Source: an uncultured bacterium (GTDB taxonomy: Bacteria > Patescibacteriota > Minisyncoccia > Phycocordibacterales > UBA6065). From it: a stretch of DNA of 64,000 nucleotides. The stretch spans positions 48,518 to 112,517 of the forward strand of contig CBIMES010000002.1 of the NCBI GenBank assembly GCA_966243015.1, in the 5' to 3' direction. Below are positions 44,753-54,481 of this stretch, one piece after another (the stretch's first letter is position 1; each line of letters starts with the position of its first letter). Under the pieces are notes generated by a model. It did no database searches and had not been told where the DNA came from. It saw nothing but the letters and a program-made list of their open reading frames with translations. Position numbers and translations under genes: made by a program.

Positions 44753-45640
44753 TTATTTTATTCTGAACGACTCCCCATAAGACTCAAATCCTATGGTCCC
44801 CACTTCATCCGTTCGAAGCGCCTTTACGTCCAAGCGATCAAAAAGCGACACGACCTCGTCATTCGGATGGTGATACGAGTTGTCCTTACCCACCGAGAAA
44901 ATAACCCAGCGTGGATCAACCCCACGCACGAAAGATTCCGCAGAAGATGTGCGGGAGCCATGATGACCTGCCTTCAAGATATCGCTCCGGATGAGCGTAC
45001 CACCCAAAGAAAGAACAGAGCCCTCGGCAGCTTTGGGCGCATCGCCGGTAAGCATGACAGACGAACCCCCATAGACAAGACGGCCCATGATCGATGCGTC
45101 ATTCGGATCCTTGAGATCAGATACGTCCGCTATCGGAAACAGAATCTCAAATACCACACCGTCGCCAAAATCAACACGCATGCCGCGTCGGGCAATGACA
45201 GACCGAACCCCCTTCCCAGCGCGAATGCGACGAATCTCGTCATCGATAGCATTGGACGATTCAATACCCGGCTCCATAAAAACACCGACCGAATAGCGAT
45301 TGAGAACGGGAGGAAAGCCACCGATATGATCAGCATCAGGATGGGTCTCTACCAATATATCGATATGACGATCGTCCCACGGCATGACCTCAGATAACCT
45401 GCGCAGCACGCCGACCGACCTGCCGCCGTCGACAAGCATATCGCGGCCGGACGGGGTGCGAACGTATATTGCGTCACCCTGACCAACATCGAGAAAGAAG
45501 ACATCAAGCGGACGAGGTGAAACGGCGGCGTGAAACGCAATGAATGAGACAGTACACACCATGCATGAAACGATAAGAGTGAAACGTCGAAACCGTTGCA
45601 TCAGGCCATGATTGCATGCGGGTGATAAAGAGCCCATCAA
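44753..45640 (-). CDS. ComEC/Rec2-type metallo-beta-lactamase domain protein (stand-alone)
   Basis: FFLDVGQGDA...THPDADHIGG...GHHGS motifs typical of the ComEC C-terminal MBL domain. N-terminal TM anchor. Confidence 0.75.
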   Translation of the reverse strand: MMGSLSPACNHGLMQRFRRFTLIVSCMVCTVSFIAFHAAVSPRPLDVFFLDVGQGDAIYVRTPSGRDMLVDGGRSVGVLRRLSEVMPWDDRHIDILVETHPDADHIGGFPPVLNRYSVGVFMEPGIESSNAIDDEIRRIRAGKGVRSVIARRGMRVDFGDGVVFEILFPIADVSDLKDPNDASIMGRLVYGGSSVMLTGDAPKAAEGSVLSLGGTLIRSDILKAGHHGSRTSSAESFVRGVDPRWVIFSVGKDNSYHHPNDEVVSLFDRLDVKALRTDEVGTIGFESYGESFRIK

Positions 45641-45643
45641 TGT

Positions 45644-45659
45644 ATAATGAAATCATTAT
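45644..45659. promoter_or_regulatory. Fur-box-like palindrome ATAATGA-AA-TCATTAT overlapping the TGTATAAT -10 element of the sod promoter
   Basis: 7-2-7 inverted repeat 25 nt upstream of the sod ATG; it resembles Fur/PerR/Zur boxes. Confidence 0.5.
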
Positions 45660-45683
45660 CAAATCACTCACAGAAACACATAT

Positions 45684-46292
45684 ATGAAGAAGTTTGAAGA
45701 AAAGACATTCAACATACCCTCACTCAAAGGAATATCCGCGGGAAACATCGAGGAGCACCTCAAGCTCTACTCGGGCTACGTAAAGCACGCGAATCTCATC
45801 ATCGAGAAAATCGCGGAACTCACCGCCACCGCCGAAAGCGCCGACAAGAATGCTTACGCAATTAACGAGATGCAGCGACGGTTCGGCTTCGAGTTCGACG
45901 GCATGCGCAACCACGAGTACTATTTTGCGCACCTCGAGGGTGGGGCCCAGACACTTGCCGACGGAAGCTCGCTCAAGGCGGCTATCGAGTCTGAATGGGG
46001 CTCGTTCGACGGATGGCTCGCCCGCTTCAAGGCCCTCGCCCTCACCCGAGGAATCGGCTGGGCAATCCTCTACTACGACGCACACAGCGATCGCCTTGTG
46101 AACGCCTGGATCGACGAGCAGCATCTTGGCCACCTCACGGGCCTCAAACCCGTTCTCGCTCTCGACGTCTGGGAACACTCGTTCGTGGCCGACTATAAGC
46201 CATCGGGCAAGAAGGCATACGTCGAGGACTTCTTCGCGAACCTTAACTGGTCAACTGCCGAGAAGAATTTCTCCGACGCCAGCGGACGATAA
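45684..46292 (+). CDS. sodA: Fe/Mn-family superoxide dismutase
   Basis: C-terminal DVWEHSF..DY motif and overall SodA/SodB-like sequence; 202 aa. Confidence 0.75.
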   Translation: MKKFEEKTFNIPSLKGISAGNIEEHLKLYSGYVKHANLIIEKIAELTATAESADKNAYAINEMQRRFGFEFDGMRNHEYYFAHLEGGAQTLADGSSLKAAIESEWGSFDGWLARFKALALTRGIGWAILYYDAHSDRLVNAWIDEQHLGHLTGLKPVLALDVWEHSFVADYKPSGKKAYVEDFFANLNWSTAEKNFSDASGR

Positions 46293-47727
46293 AATAGACA
46301 TAGGACGCATAAGCGAGTACAAGCAGAGGCTCTCCGATGGAGAGCCTTATTGCTGCAAACGGCAGTGGGCCAAAATACGCGACGACCTCGAGCATATAGG
46401 AGATAAGCAAGCTCGTCGCCATGACGAACGGCATCGCCAGGGACGCGCTCGCGAAACCCATCATACCGACAAGGAAACCGCCGAGCATGACCCAGGGCAC
46501 ACACGGTAGTACGAGGACATTCGTGACGAGCGAGATGATAGATATCTCGCCCATGGCATACAGAATAAAAGGCAGGGTAAATATCTGCGTCGCGACAGTC
46601 GTCACAAGAATCTCGCGTAGGCCAAATCTCTCGGGAACCCATGTCATCCACTCGGCCACGATAGGTGACACATAGATAAGCGCGAGCGTCGCGAGAAAGC
46701 TCAACTGGAATCCAATGTCGAACGCAAGAATGCGCGGATTCTGTAACACCATGATGAAGGCGGCGCAGGTAAGCGCTCGAACCACGTCGTATCTCCTGCC
46801 CACGCCACGCACCAAAATAACAACGAGCGTCATGACCGACGCACGAATCGTCGTCGAAGAAGCGCCTGTCATGAGGGCAAAGAGCACGATCGAGACAGCG
46901 CCCGCACCGAGACCAAGAGAGCGTGGAAGAAACGAGAAAGCCCTCACCAGACTCTCGGCGACAACGGACACATTCGACCCCGAAAGCACGAGAATATGCG
47001 TGAGACCCGACCTGCGAAAGTCATCACTCACATCCTGGGGCAGAGACCCTTTCTCGCCCAAGAGAATGCCCGCGACAAGAGACGCATGCGGCTCGGGCAT
47101 GGTCACCTCGATGTTTTCCATGAACGCTGACTTGAGGGTAATGAGGGCACTGACAAGCGTGTTGCCTTGGGAACGAGCAAGGATCTCGACCCTCGCCCTC
47201 TTCATCACGTACCTCACGTCGTCTTTGGCGAGATATGACACGTAATCAAACTCGGGCCCTCCTTCGTAGGTGAAGAAATTCTCGGGAAGCTCGAGTGTCG
47301 CCTCGACGCGCAGGCGATCTCCATACGCATATTCGGGATACCTGTCAGTCGACACGGACACCCGATCAATACTGCCATCAGGCTGGAAGCAGAATCTCTG
47401 CGTCACCTCCTTCATTTCCGGTTCGGCGCAGACAACTCCCTCGAGCACGACCGTGAAGCCAAGAGAAGGGTCGAGAACATGGTCGTGGATACCGGCCGCA
47501 GAGATTCTCTCCATGCCAAACGCGCAGATAAAAATCGAGCACACAATCGTGAACACCGCAGGAGGGGCCGATCGACAACCAACACGTACCCATCGTGCGT
47601 ACGCATACAAGAAAGCACAAACTGACATAAACCCCATGCAAACAGAACGGGGCACAGGCACGTGTGACGCGAAAAGCGTGCCCATGAAAAACGAGAGGGT
47701 TAGGGAATAGAATAAGGGACCTTTCAT
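46243..47727 (-). CDS. comEC: ComEC/Rec2 competence membrane protein (DUF4131 plus competence core, lacking the MBL domain)
   Basis: Polytopic membrane protein with a ComEC core. The MBL domain is encoded separately at 44753..45640. Confidence 0.7.
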   Translation of the reverse strand: MKGPLFYSLTLSFFMGTLFASHVPVPRSVCMGFMSVCAFLYAYARWVRVGCRSAPPAVFTIVCSIFICAFGMERISAAGIHDHVLDPSLGFTVVLEGVVCAEPEMKEVTQRFCFQPDGSIDRVSVSTDRYPEYAYGDRLRVEATLELPENFFTYEGGPEFDYVSYLAKDDVRYVMKRARVEILARSQGNTLVSALITLKSAFMENIEVTMPEPHASLVAGILLGEKGSLPQDVSDDFRRSGLTHILVLSGSNVSVVAESLVRAFSFLPRSLGLGAGAVSIVLFALMTGASSTTIRASVMTLVVILVRGVGRRYDVVRALTCAAFIMVLQNPRILAFDIGFQLSFLATLALIYVSPIVAEWMTWVPERFGLREILVTTVATQIFTLPFILYAMGEISIISLVTNVLVLPCVPWVMLGGFLVGMMGFASASLAMPFVMATSLLISYMLEVVAYFGPLPFAAIRLSIGEPLLVLAYASYVYFIVRWRRRNSSRQLTS

Positions 47728-47774
47728 AGCCCCTTACGCTACCCGACAGAGAGTGAAACCAAGCTCAAGATTAT

Positions 47775-48482
47775 TTAAAATCCCCATGAACGAGCGATCT
47801 CGCGCTCATCCTCGGCGCTCACCGACTTCTTGAAGCGGGCGCCCCGCACGCCCTTCACCCGCGCCTCACACTCGGCCCAGGTCGCGTGCCGCTGGAACTT
47901 GCCGTCGACGACAGAGAGGTACGAGTATGCCTTCACCGACGACGATGACGACTTCTTTTTCTTCTGGGCTAAACCCGCGGCAGACGCGCGGACAGAGAGA
48001 TCGATTGTGTATGAAGAAGCATCGCCCACATAGAGGGCGGGCGGGTCCTGATCGGCAAAACCAGTCGCAATCTCGTCGCAGCGCTCGTTCCCAGGCACTC
48101 CGGCATGACCGTCGACATGATCCCAGGTAACCTTCAAACCCCTCGTGGCAGCGAGAAGACCCTCCCAAAGATCCTTATTGCCGACCTCCTGCTTGCCTGC
48201 GGTAATCCAGCCGTTACGTTGCCAACCCTTAACCCACGAGGTGATGCCTTGGATGACGTATTTGGAGTCGCAACGCACCGTGATGTCATCGGAGCTGTCG
48301 GCATACGCCCTCACCCAATCAAGGGCGCTGATGGCGGCCATCAGCTCCATCCTGTTGTTGGTCGTGCTTGCCTCCCGCCCGCCGAGCTCGACGACGCGAG
48401 AACCCGTCTGAATAACCGTGCCCCAGCCGCCCGGGCCGGGATTTCCTCGAGAAGAACCGTCGGTATAGATAAGCGTAGACAT
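47775..48482 (-). CDS. rnhA: Ribonuclease HI with a C-terminal RNA/DNA hybrid-binding (HBD, Cauli_VI-like) domain
   Basis: RNase H motifs DGSSRGNPGPGGWG, TNNRMEL, DSKYV, GHAGVPGNERCD. The C-terminal region YSYLSVVDGKFQRHATWAECEARVKGVRGARFKKSVSAEDE matches the HBD signature. Confidence 0.8.
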   Translation of the reverse strand: MSTLIYTDGSSRGNPGPGGWGTVIQTGSRVVELGGREASTTNNRMELMAAISALDWVRAYADSSDDITVRCDSKYVIQGITSWVKGWQRNGWITAGKQEVGNKDLWEGLLAATRGLKVTWDHVDGHAGVPGNERCDEIATGFADQDPPALYVGDASSYTIDLSVRASAAGLAQKKKKSSSSSVKAYSYLSVVDGKFQRHATWAECEARVKGVRGARFKKSVSAEDEREIARSWGF

Positions 48483-48485
48483 GAC

Positions 48486-50165
48486 CTAGAGTATATCAAC
48501 AATTCTCAATCTGAGTTCGGGATAGCTCTTGAACATTGATTTCTCGAGATGAACGGCGACGTCGATAATCGCCTGTGGCACGACGTGCTTCGGCAGCATA
48601 TCCTTCGTCAGAAAGAACTGGATGGCGGTGAGCTTTCGGCCTTTCCTGTCGAGGAAGGTGATCTCCGTGTGATTACCCTCCTTGCCGAACTGCTTCACCC
48701 CGTCGACCGTCGCTCCCTTGATGAGAAATACGGGGCGCTCGTTGCCTGTGCCGAACGGCGAGAGCCTCTCTATGTCCTTATACAGATCCCAGACCACCTC
48801 GTCGACGGATATAAGGGCGTCTGCGTACTTGATAATCTCTTTGTTCGTGTGGTCGAGGGACGCCCACGCCTTCTCGAGCGCATCCTCGAGATAATGCACC
48901 GCGTCCTCCTTCACCTCGAACCCGCCCGAGGCCGCGTGGCCGCCGTAACCAATAAATGAGTCAGCGGCTTTCTCCATGATCGAGAACACGCTCGCGTTCC
49001 CCGCATTGCCCGAGCGACACGATCCCTTGATGACGCCCTCGCCGTCCCTGCCCCAGAGAAACGCGGGCATACCGTACTCCTCGGCAAGCGTGTTGGCAAC
49101 GAGACCCATGAGCGACGGTCTCCACGTCGGATTGCCGAGCACAATAACGTGACGGTTTTCCATATCGCGCTCTGACAGAATCTTTCTCGCCTCCTTCACA
49201 AGAGCAGCCACGGTTCCCTTTCGTTCGGCATTCACCGCCTCAAGCTTGTCGGCGCACTTCGCGCCCACTTCACGATCATCAGTCGAGAGCAGAAGAAAGG
49301 CATGCTCAGGCTCGCCCATACGCGACGCGGCATTGATGCGGGGCGAGATGGTGAAGCCGATGTCATCCTCAGTGAGATGCTCTGGCTTAACGCGCAGCCT
49401 AAAGAAAAGTTCGAGTAGACCAGGGCGTTTGGTCATGCGCAAAACCTTCAAACCATAATGAGCGAAAATGCGGTTCTCGCCCGTGAGCGGCACCATGTCA
49501 GAAAGCGTGGCGATACCCACCATGTCGAGCCACCACTTCTCCCAGCCAACGGGAACCCTGAACTCCTCGCCATGCCTCTTGAGAAACGCTTGGGCGAACT
49601 TGAAAATCACGCCCGAACCGCAAAGCATCTTCTCGGGATAGGCGCAGCCCTCCATCTTTGGGTTGAGAATGGCGTAGGCATCGGGAACCGTGCCGTGCGG
49701 CATATGATGATCAGTAATGATGAGATCCATGCCAAGCTCCTTGGCGCGGGCCGCCTCCTCGATATCGGCGATGCCGCAATCAATAGTGATGATGAGTGAC
49801 GCGCCCTTTTCCTTGAAACCATCAATCGCCTTCATGTTGAGGCCGAAGCCCTCGTCGTGACGATGCGGTATATAGTTCTCGAAATTGGTGTAGCCGATTT
49901 TCTTGAGAAGATCGTGAAGGACAACTGCCCCCGGAATGCCGTCAGCGTCATAGTCGCTGAAGACGACGATTTTCTCCCCCGCCTTCACGGCCCGATAGAC
50001 GCGATCGACGGCCCTGTCCATGTCCTTCATGAGGAACGGGTCGTGAATTTGCGCGTCGTAATTAGGCGAGAGGAAGGACTCAATGGCCTTCTCGTCCTGA
50101 ATGCCGCGATGGTAGAGGAGACCCGAGACAATGTCCCCCTTTTTCTCTCGGACGGTGTAATGCAT
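48486..50165 (-). CDS. recJ: Single-stranded-DNA-specific exonuclease RecJ
   Basis: DHH (VVFSDYDADGI; ITDHH) and DHHA1 domains. Start placed at the internal Met (MHYTV) to avoid a 51-nt divergent overlap with the HIT gene. Confidence 0.8.
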   Translation of the reverse strand: MHYTVREKKGDIVSGLLYHRGIQDEKAIESFLSPNYDAQIHDPFLMKDMDRAVDRVYRAVKAGEKIVVFSDYDADGIPGAVVLHDLLKKIGYTNFENYIPHRHDEGFGLNMKAIDGFKEKGASLIITIDCGIADIEEAARAKELGMDLIITDHHMPHGTVPDAYAILNPKMEGCAYPEKMLCGSGVIFKFAQAFLKRHGEEFRVPVGWEKWWLDMVGIATLSDMVPLTGENRIFAHYGLKVLRMTKRPGLLELFFRLRVKPEHLTEDDIGFTISPRINAASRMGEPEHAFLLLSTDDREVGAKCADKLEAVNAERKGTVAALVKEARKILSERDMENRHVIVLGNPTWRPSLMGLVANTLAEEYGMPAFLWGRDGEGVIKGSCRSGNAGNASVFSIMEKAADSFIGYGGHAASGGFEVKEDAVHYLEDALEKAWASLDHTNKEIIKYADALISVDEVVWDLYKDIERLSPFGTGNERPVFLIKGATVDGVKQFGKEGNHTEITFLDRKGRKLTAIQFFLTKDMLPKHVVPQAIIDVAVHLEKSMFKSYPELRLRIVDIL

Positions 50166-50216
50166 GGCAGGTATTTTATCATGCGCCCGCCCTTGATTTC
50201 GTGATATTCTTTCCGT

Positions 50217-50582
50217 ATGGAAAACTGCATATTCTGCAAGATAGTGGTCGGAGAAATCCCCTGCCACAAGATATACGAGGACGGCGATTTCCTCGCCTTT
50301 CTCGATATCAGGCCGCTTTCAGCGGGTCATACCCTCGTCATACCAAAAACCCATCATCGCTGGGTGTGGGACGTGCCAAATGCAGGCGCATATTTCGAGA
50401 TAGCCAAGAAGATCGCGCTCGCCCAGAAGAAGGCCTTCGGCACCGACGAAGTGTTCTCGAAGGTATTCGGCGAGGAGGTTCCCCACGCGCATATCTGGGT
50501 GTATCAGAATCCGGCGATATCGAAGCTCGATGCGAAGGATTTTGAGGCTCATGCAGAAGCAATCAAAGCAGCACTTGTGTAG
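50217..50582 (+). CDS. HIT-family (histidine triad) hydrolase
   Basis: CIFCKI and the HAHIWV (HxHxHxx) motif. Confidence 0.8.
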   Translation: MENCIFCKIVVGEIPCHKIYEDGDFLAFLDIRPLSAGHTLVIPKTHHRWVWDVPNAGAYFEIAKKIALAQKKAFGTDEVFSKVFGEEVPHAHIWVYQNPAISKLDAKDFEAHAEAIKAALV

Positions 50583-50681
50583 ACAAGTGACTCGGCTCAC
50601 ATTCACACAGTCGACATCAATAAATATTAAACGGCTCACCGTAGTGAGCCGTTTAATATGGCCTTGTTAAGGCTTTATATC

Positions 50682-51413
50682 CTAGGAGCAAGCGCAGTAG
50701 TCATTGCCCGATCCAGAGCACACAGACACGGCGGCGGGATTCGGGATGCAGCTGATGAAACCCGGCTCGACAAAACAAGGACCGCTCGGACCCGTAAACT
50801 TCCAAGGGCACACGCTTCCGTACATGCCGTTTCCTCCGCCGCACTCTGGCCTTCCGTACGTTGTGCAGAAACTAACCGTACCCATCGGATAGGAGAAATA
50901 GACAGCATTCGGATCAGTGTAAGGAGTTGAGGTGGTATATGAAGATATGCAGGTGGTATACGGCTGTTGAACAGGCATAATCGCACAGCTGTTCTTCGAG
51001 GCCTGGGCCTGACCCGTGACGAGAGAGGCTCCGAACGCGGACTGATCGGCGGACGAGTCGGCGTAGTACACGTAGGAATCATCCTTGCTGTCAGGGATAG
51101 CGGAGATGTATCCCCCGCTCACGAGCTCCTGCATGCTCGCATTGAAAGCCTGGGTACCCTCAAGTGCGATTGAGTCTCCCGTGCCACCCGCACAATAATT
51201 GCCGCCACAGTTGTAATTGCGTGGCACCTTTCCCGTGGCGCTCTTCTTGATACTGATCGCCGTCTCGACCTGGTGAACCTGTGACTTCTTGTTTGCGTCG
51301 CTGGCCTTGGCACGCGCCGAGGCGGTCGAGTACATGGTAACGCTCGAAACAAGGGACACGATCGATACTACGACCAAGAGCTCAATAAGAGTGAAGCCGC
51401 GCCTGAGAAACAT
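50682..51413 (-). CDS. Type IV pilin-like protein, Cys-rich C-terminal domain
   Basis: N-terminus MFLRRGFTLIELLVVVSIVSLVSSV, with many paired cysteines. Co-oriented with, and immediately downstream of, pgk. Confidence 0.7.
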   Translation of the reverse strand: MFLRRGFTLIELLVVVSIVSLVSSVTMYSTASARAKASDANKKSQVHQVETAISIKKSATGKVPRNYNCGGNYCAGGTGDSIALEGTQAFNASMQELVSGGYISAIPDSKDDSYVYYADSSADQSAFGASLVTGQAQASKNSCAIMPVQQPYTTCISSYTTSTPYTDPNAVYFSYPMGTVSFCTTYGRPECGGGNGMYGSVCPWKFTGPSGPCFVEPGFISCIPNPAAVSVCSGSGNDYCACS

Positions 51414-51423
51414 GTATGTGAAA

Positions 51424-52551
51424 TTATCGCTTTAATACCTCAATGCCAGGGAGCGTGCCGTCCGCAAGAAACTGAAGCATGGCGCCGCCGCCCGTCGAGA
51501 CGAAGGAGAACTTGTCGAGAAGGTCTGCCTTCGAGACAACGGCGATGGTGTCTCCACCACCGATAATGGTCTTTACGCCACTTTCGACAAGGGCCTTGGC
51601 GAGACCCTCGGTTCCCTCGGAGAAACCGTGCTCGTAATCGCCGAGAGGGCCGTTCCAGAGAACGAACTGCGCGTCAGTGAGGATGTCAGAGAGTTCGCCA
51701 ATGGTCTTTGGGCCAGCGTCCATGATCTTGTCATCAGGACTAATACCCTCGGCACCCTTCACCTCGCGTGCGGACACGCTTGCCGCAACGACGTCAGTCG
51801 GAACAATGAGGCGAGGATTCGCCTCGATATGCTTGAGGTTCACGTGAACCTTGGAAACCATGGACTGACCGATCTCGTAGCCCTTCTCCTTGAAAATGTC
51901 GTTCGAGAGCGCCCCTCCGACGAACACATAGTCGGCGATGCCAAGGAACTTCTCGATGAGAGGAAGCTTGGTATCGAACTTCGCGCCGCCGAGCACAAAG
52001 AGAAACGGATGCGGAGGGTTGAACGCCTGCGAAAGCTGCTCAATCTCCTGCGCCATGAGGAATCCGGCAAAGGCCGGGAGGAGCTTTGGCACAGACACGA
52101 CCGAAGCGTGGGCTCGATGCGACACGGCAAAGGCATCGTTCACGTAGATATCGGCAAGGCTCGCGAGCTTCGAGGCGAACACGGGATTATTCTCTTTCTC
52201 GCCCGGATTGAGACGCAGATTCTCGAGCATGACAATCTCCCCTTCTGCCAGAGAGGAAACCACGCTTGGAGCGTCATCGAGATTCGAGATGAACGCCTTA
52301 ACAGGGACGAACTGCTGCAAATACGTGGCGACACGAGCAAGGGTCTTCACCGACTCGCTTTCGAGGTGGCTCATAATGATGACTCTCGCACCAGCCTCCC
52401 TGAGGAAGCGAAGCGTCTGAAGAGATCGCTGAATGCGGAAATCGTCGCGAACCTCACCCTCGACGATCGGAACATTGAAATCGAGGCGAAGCAGCACGCG
52501 CTTGCCGCGAAGGTCCTTCTCGTCAGCGATTTTCTTAATTTCCGTTGGCAT
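51424..52551 (-). CDS. pgk: Phosphoglycerate kinase
   Basis: 375 aa with a canonical PGK sequence (RLDFNVP...; GGGA...). Confidence 0.95.
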   Translation of the reverse strand: MPTEIKKIADEKDLRGKRVLLRLDFNVPIVEGEVRDDFRIQRSLQTLRFLREAGARVIIMSHLESESVKTLARVATYLQQFVPVKAFISNLDDAPSVVSSLAEGEIVMLENLRLNPGEKENNPVFASKLASLADIYVNDAFAVSHRAHASVVSVPKLLPAFAGFLMAQEIEQLSQAFNPPHPFLFVLGGAKFDTKLPLIEKFLGIADYVFVGGALSNDIFKEKGYEIGQSMVSKVHVNLKHIEANPRLIVPTDVVAASVSAREVKGAEGISPDDKIMDAGPKTIGELSDILTDAQFVLWNGPLGDYEHGFSEGTEGLAKALVESGVKTIIGGGDTIAVVSKADLLDKFSFVSTGGGAMLQFLADGTLPGIEVLKR

Positions 52552-53308
52552 AGGTGATGATGTTACCGAACCCCTCGATGTCGAGGCTCTGTCGGCCGAT
52601 AAGAAGGCCGCTCACCTCCCCATCCGAGAGAATCTTCTGGGCATTCTCGAAATTGACCGAACCGCCGTAGAGCACAGGAGTCCTCAGACCCTCCTGCTTG
52701 CCCGCCGCCTCGGCGACGATTTTCTTTATATAGATGCACATCTCGTGAATATCGACCGGCGAGAGAGCCGTGTCATAGCTTTTGCCGATCGCCCAGACGG
52801 GCTCGTAGGCAATGGTTATCGATCGGAGGTGCTTCTTGTCGATGAGGGCGATGGCGGCCAGCACCTGCTCTCGCACCGTACGGAGGTAATGCGCGTGATT
52901 GTCGCGCTCCTTCTCGCCGACGCAGAGAATGACGCCGAGGCCGGCGGCGACGGCCATCTTCACCTTCTCGGCAATAACAGCGTCCGTGTCCCCTGCCGCC
53001 CGTCGCTCGCTGTGGCCGATGATCGCCCACTCAGCGCCGGCGCTCGCTACCTGAGAGGCGCTGACTGCGCCCGTGAACGAGCCTCGATCGCGATGATCTA
53101 CGTCCTGGGCGCCGAACGAAATGGCCTTTTCCCTGCCACGAGAGACGCCCTCGATGAACGGGGCCGGAGGACAGACGATAACCGAGACTTTCGGCGACTT
53201 CTGGGCGACACGCTCGACCGCCGAAGCAAGCTTTTTAGCATCTTCCAGGGTATCAGGATTCATCTTCCAGTTTCCGACAATGGTGAACTTCTTCTTGGCT
53301 GATTTCAT
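52535..53308 (-). CDS. tpiA: Triosephosphate isomerase
   Basis: IVGNWKMN...; AYEPVWAIG; YGGSV. Confidence 0.95.
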   Translation of the reverse strand: MKSAKKKFTIVGNWKMNPDTLEDAKKLASAVERVAQKSPKVSVIVCPPAPFIEGVSRGREKAISFGAQDVDHRDRGSFTGAVSASQVASAGAEWAIIGHSERRAAGDTDAVIAEKVKMAVAAGLGVILCVGEKERDNHAHYLRTVREQVLAAIALIDKKHLRSITIAYEPVWAIGKSYDTALSPVDIHEMCIYIKKIVAEAAGKQEGLRTPVLYGGSVNFENAQKILSDGEVSGLLIGRQSLDIEGFGNIITYANGN

Positions 53309-53329
53309 GCAAGGAAGTATATCACCAAA

Positions 53330-54481
53330 TCAGTGGTGATGATGGTGGGAATGCGAGTGAGAGTGACCCTGGTGGGAAGAGGTCGATCCGGGCCTCACTA
53401 TAAGCAAAATCGAGATAATCGTGGTCACGGGAACCGCCAGAATGAGGCCAATAGAGCCCACAAGAGTTCGCATGATCTCGGTGGCCATTATCTCCCTGTT
53501 CAATATGGAAAGGATGTCGGCGCTTGATTGATAGAACAAGAGAAGAAGAGGCAGGGCTGCGCCCACATAGGCAATAGCAAGGGCGGTGACAAGGGCACCA
53601 ATGTGCTCACGGCCAATGCGCGTGGCCTTTTTGAAGATCTCCCGCCTGGTGAGATGGGGACCCGCGGCATGAAGCTCGTCGACGGCGACCGACTGACCGA
53701 TGGCACTGTCGTAGAGCACTCCCAGAAGGCCGATGATTATGGCGCCAAGAAGAAGGCCCGAGAGGTTAATCGCCCCGCCCGCATTGAGGTTGAGGTACAT
53801 GGCGTGCTCGTCTCCATAGCCCGTGAGCATTCCCCAGCGAACCGAGACATACGCCAGGACTCCCGTAATGATGACGGTAAAGATCATGCCGAGGACGGCA
53901 GAGGTGGTTGACCTGTTGATGCCGTGGGTAATGTACGAACCAACGAGAATGATAAGCGATGCCACCGCGATCGAGACGAAAATCGGCGAATATCCCGCAA
54001 GCACCGCCGGCAGGAGAACATAGATAATAAGGAGGACGCTTCCCGCAAGCGAGACGAGGCCGCGAATACCCTGCCATCCGCCAAAGGCAATAATCACGAG
54101 CAGGAACAGGGCCGTGAAGAAGATAAGTGACGGAGACCTGTCGGGTTCGCCAAACATATACAACTCCTGACCCTCTACCGTCTGAAGTCGATGGACGAAT
54201 ATCTTGTCACCCGCGTCGACGCGAACATAATCATTCTCGATCTCGACGCTCTTCCCCTTTGCCGCACCCTCGAGGATTTCGATGAGGAGTCTCTGATACG
54301 GAGCGGTGACCTTGGTGCCCGGAACGACACGATCCTCGTCCTCGCGCACGGACTCGACGCGAGCCCTCACGGTTTCCTGAACGTCCTGGTGAAGCTCCTG
54401 CGCTGACACGAAAGACGCGCCCCACATAACAAAGAGCGCGAGGATCGCCGCCGACGCCTTGATTATCGAGAGGTTACGCAT
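53330..54481 (-). CDS. YibE/F-family membrane protein with a His-rich C-terminal tail
   Basis: Signal/TM segment, periplasmic N-terminal domain, about seven TM helices, and a C-terminus HQGHSHSHSHHHHH. Overlaps the upstream Fur-family gene by 19 nt. Confidence 0.65.
   Translation of the reverse strand: MRNLSIIKASAAILALFVMWGASFVSAQELHQDVQETVRARVESVREDEDRVVPGTKVTAPYQRLLIEILEGAAKGKSVEIENDYVRVDAGDKIFVHRLQTVEGQELYMFGEPDRSPSLIFFTALFLLVIIAFGGWQGIRGLVSLAGSVLLIIYVLLPAVLAGYSPIFVSIAVASLIILVGSYITHGINRSTTSAVLGMIFTVIITGVLAYVSVRWGMLTGYGDEHAMYLNLNAGGAINLSGLLLGAIIIGLLGVLYDSAIGQSVAVDELHAAGPHLTRREIFKKATRIGREHIGALVTALAIAYVGAALPLLLLFYQSSADILSILNREIMATEIMRTLVGSIGLILAVPVTTIISILLIVRPGSTSSHQGHSHSHSHHHHH

Noticed and set aside
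51628-53302. Two long plus-strand ORFs (309 and 289 aa)
   Set aside because: They are antisense to pgk and tpiA, both of which are canonical.
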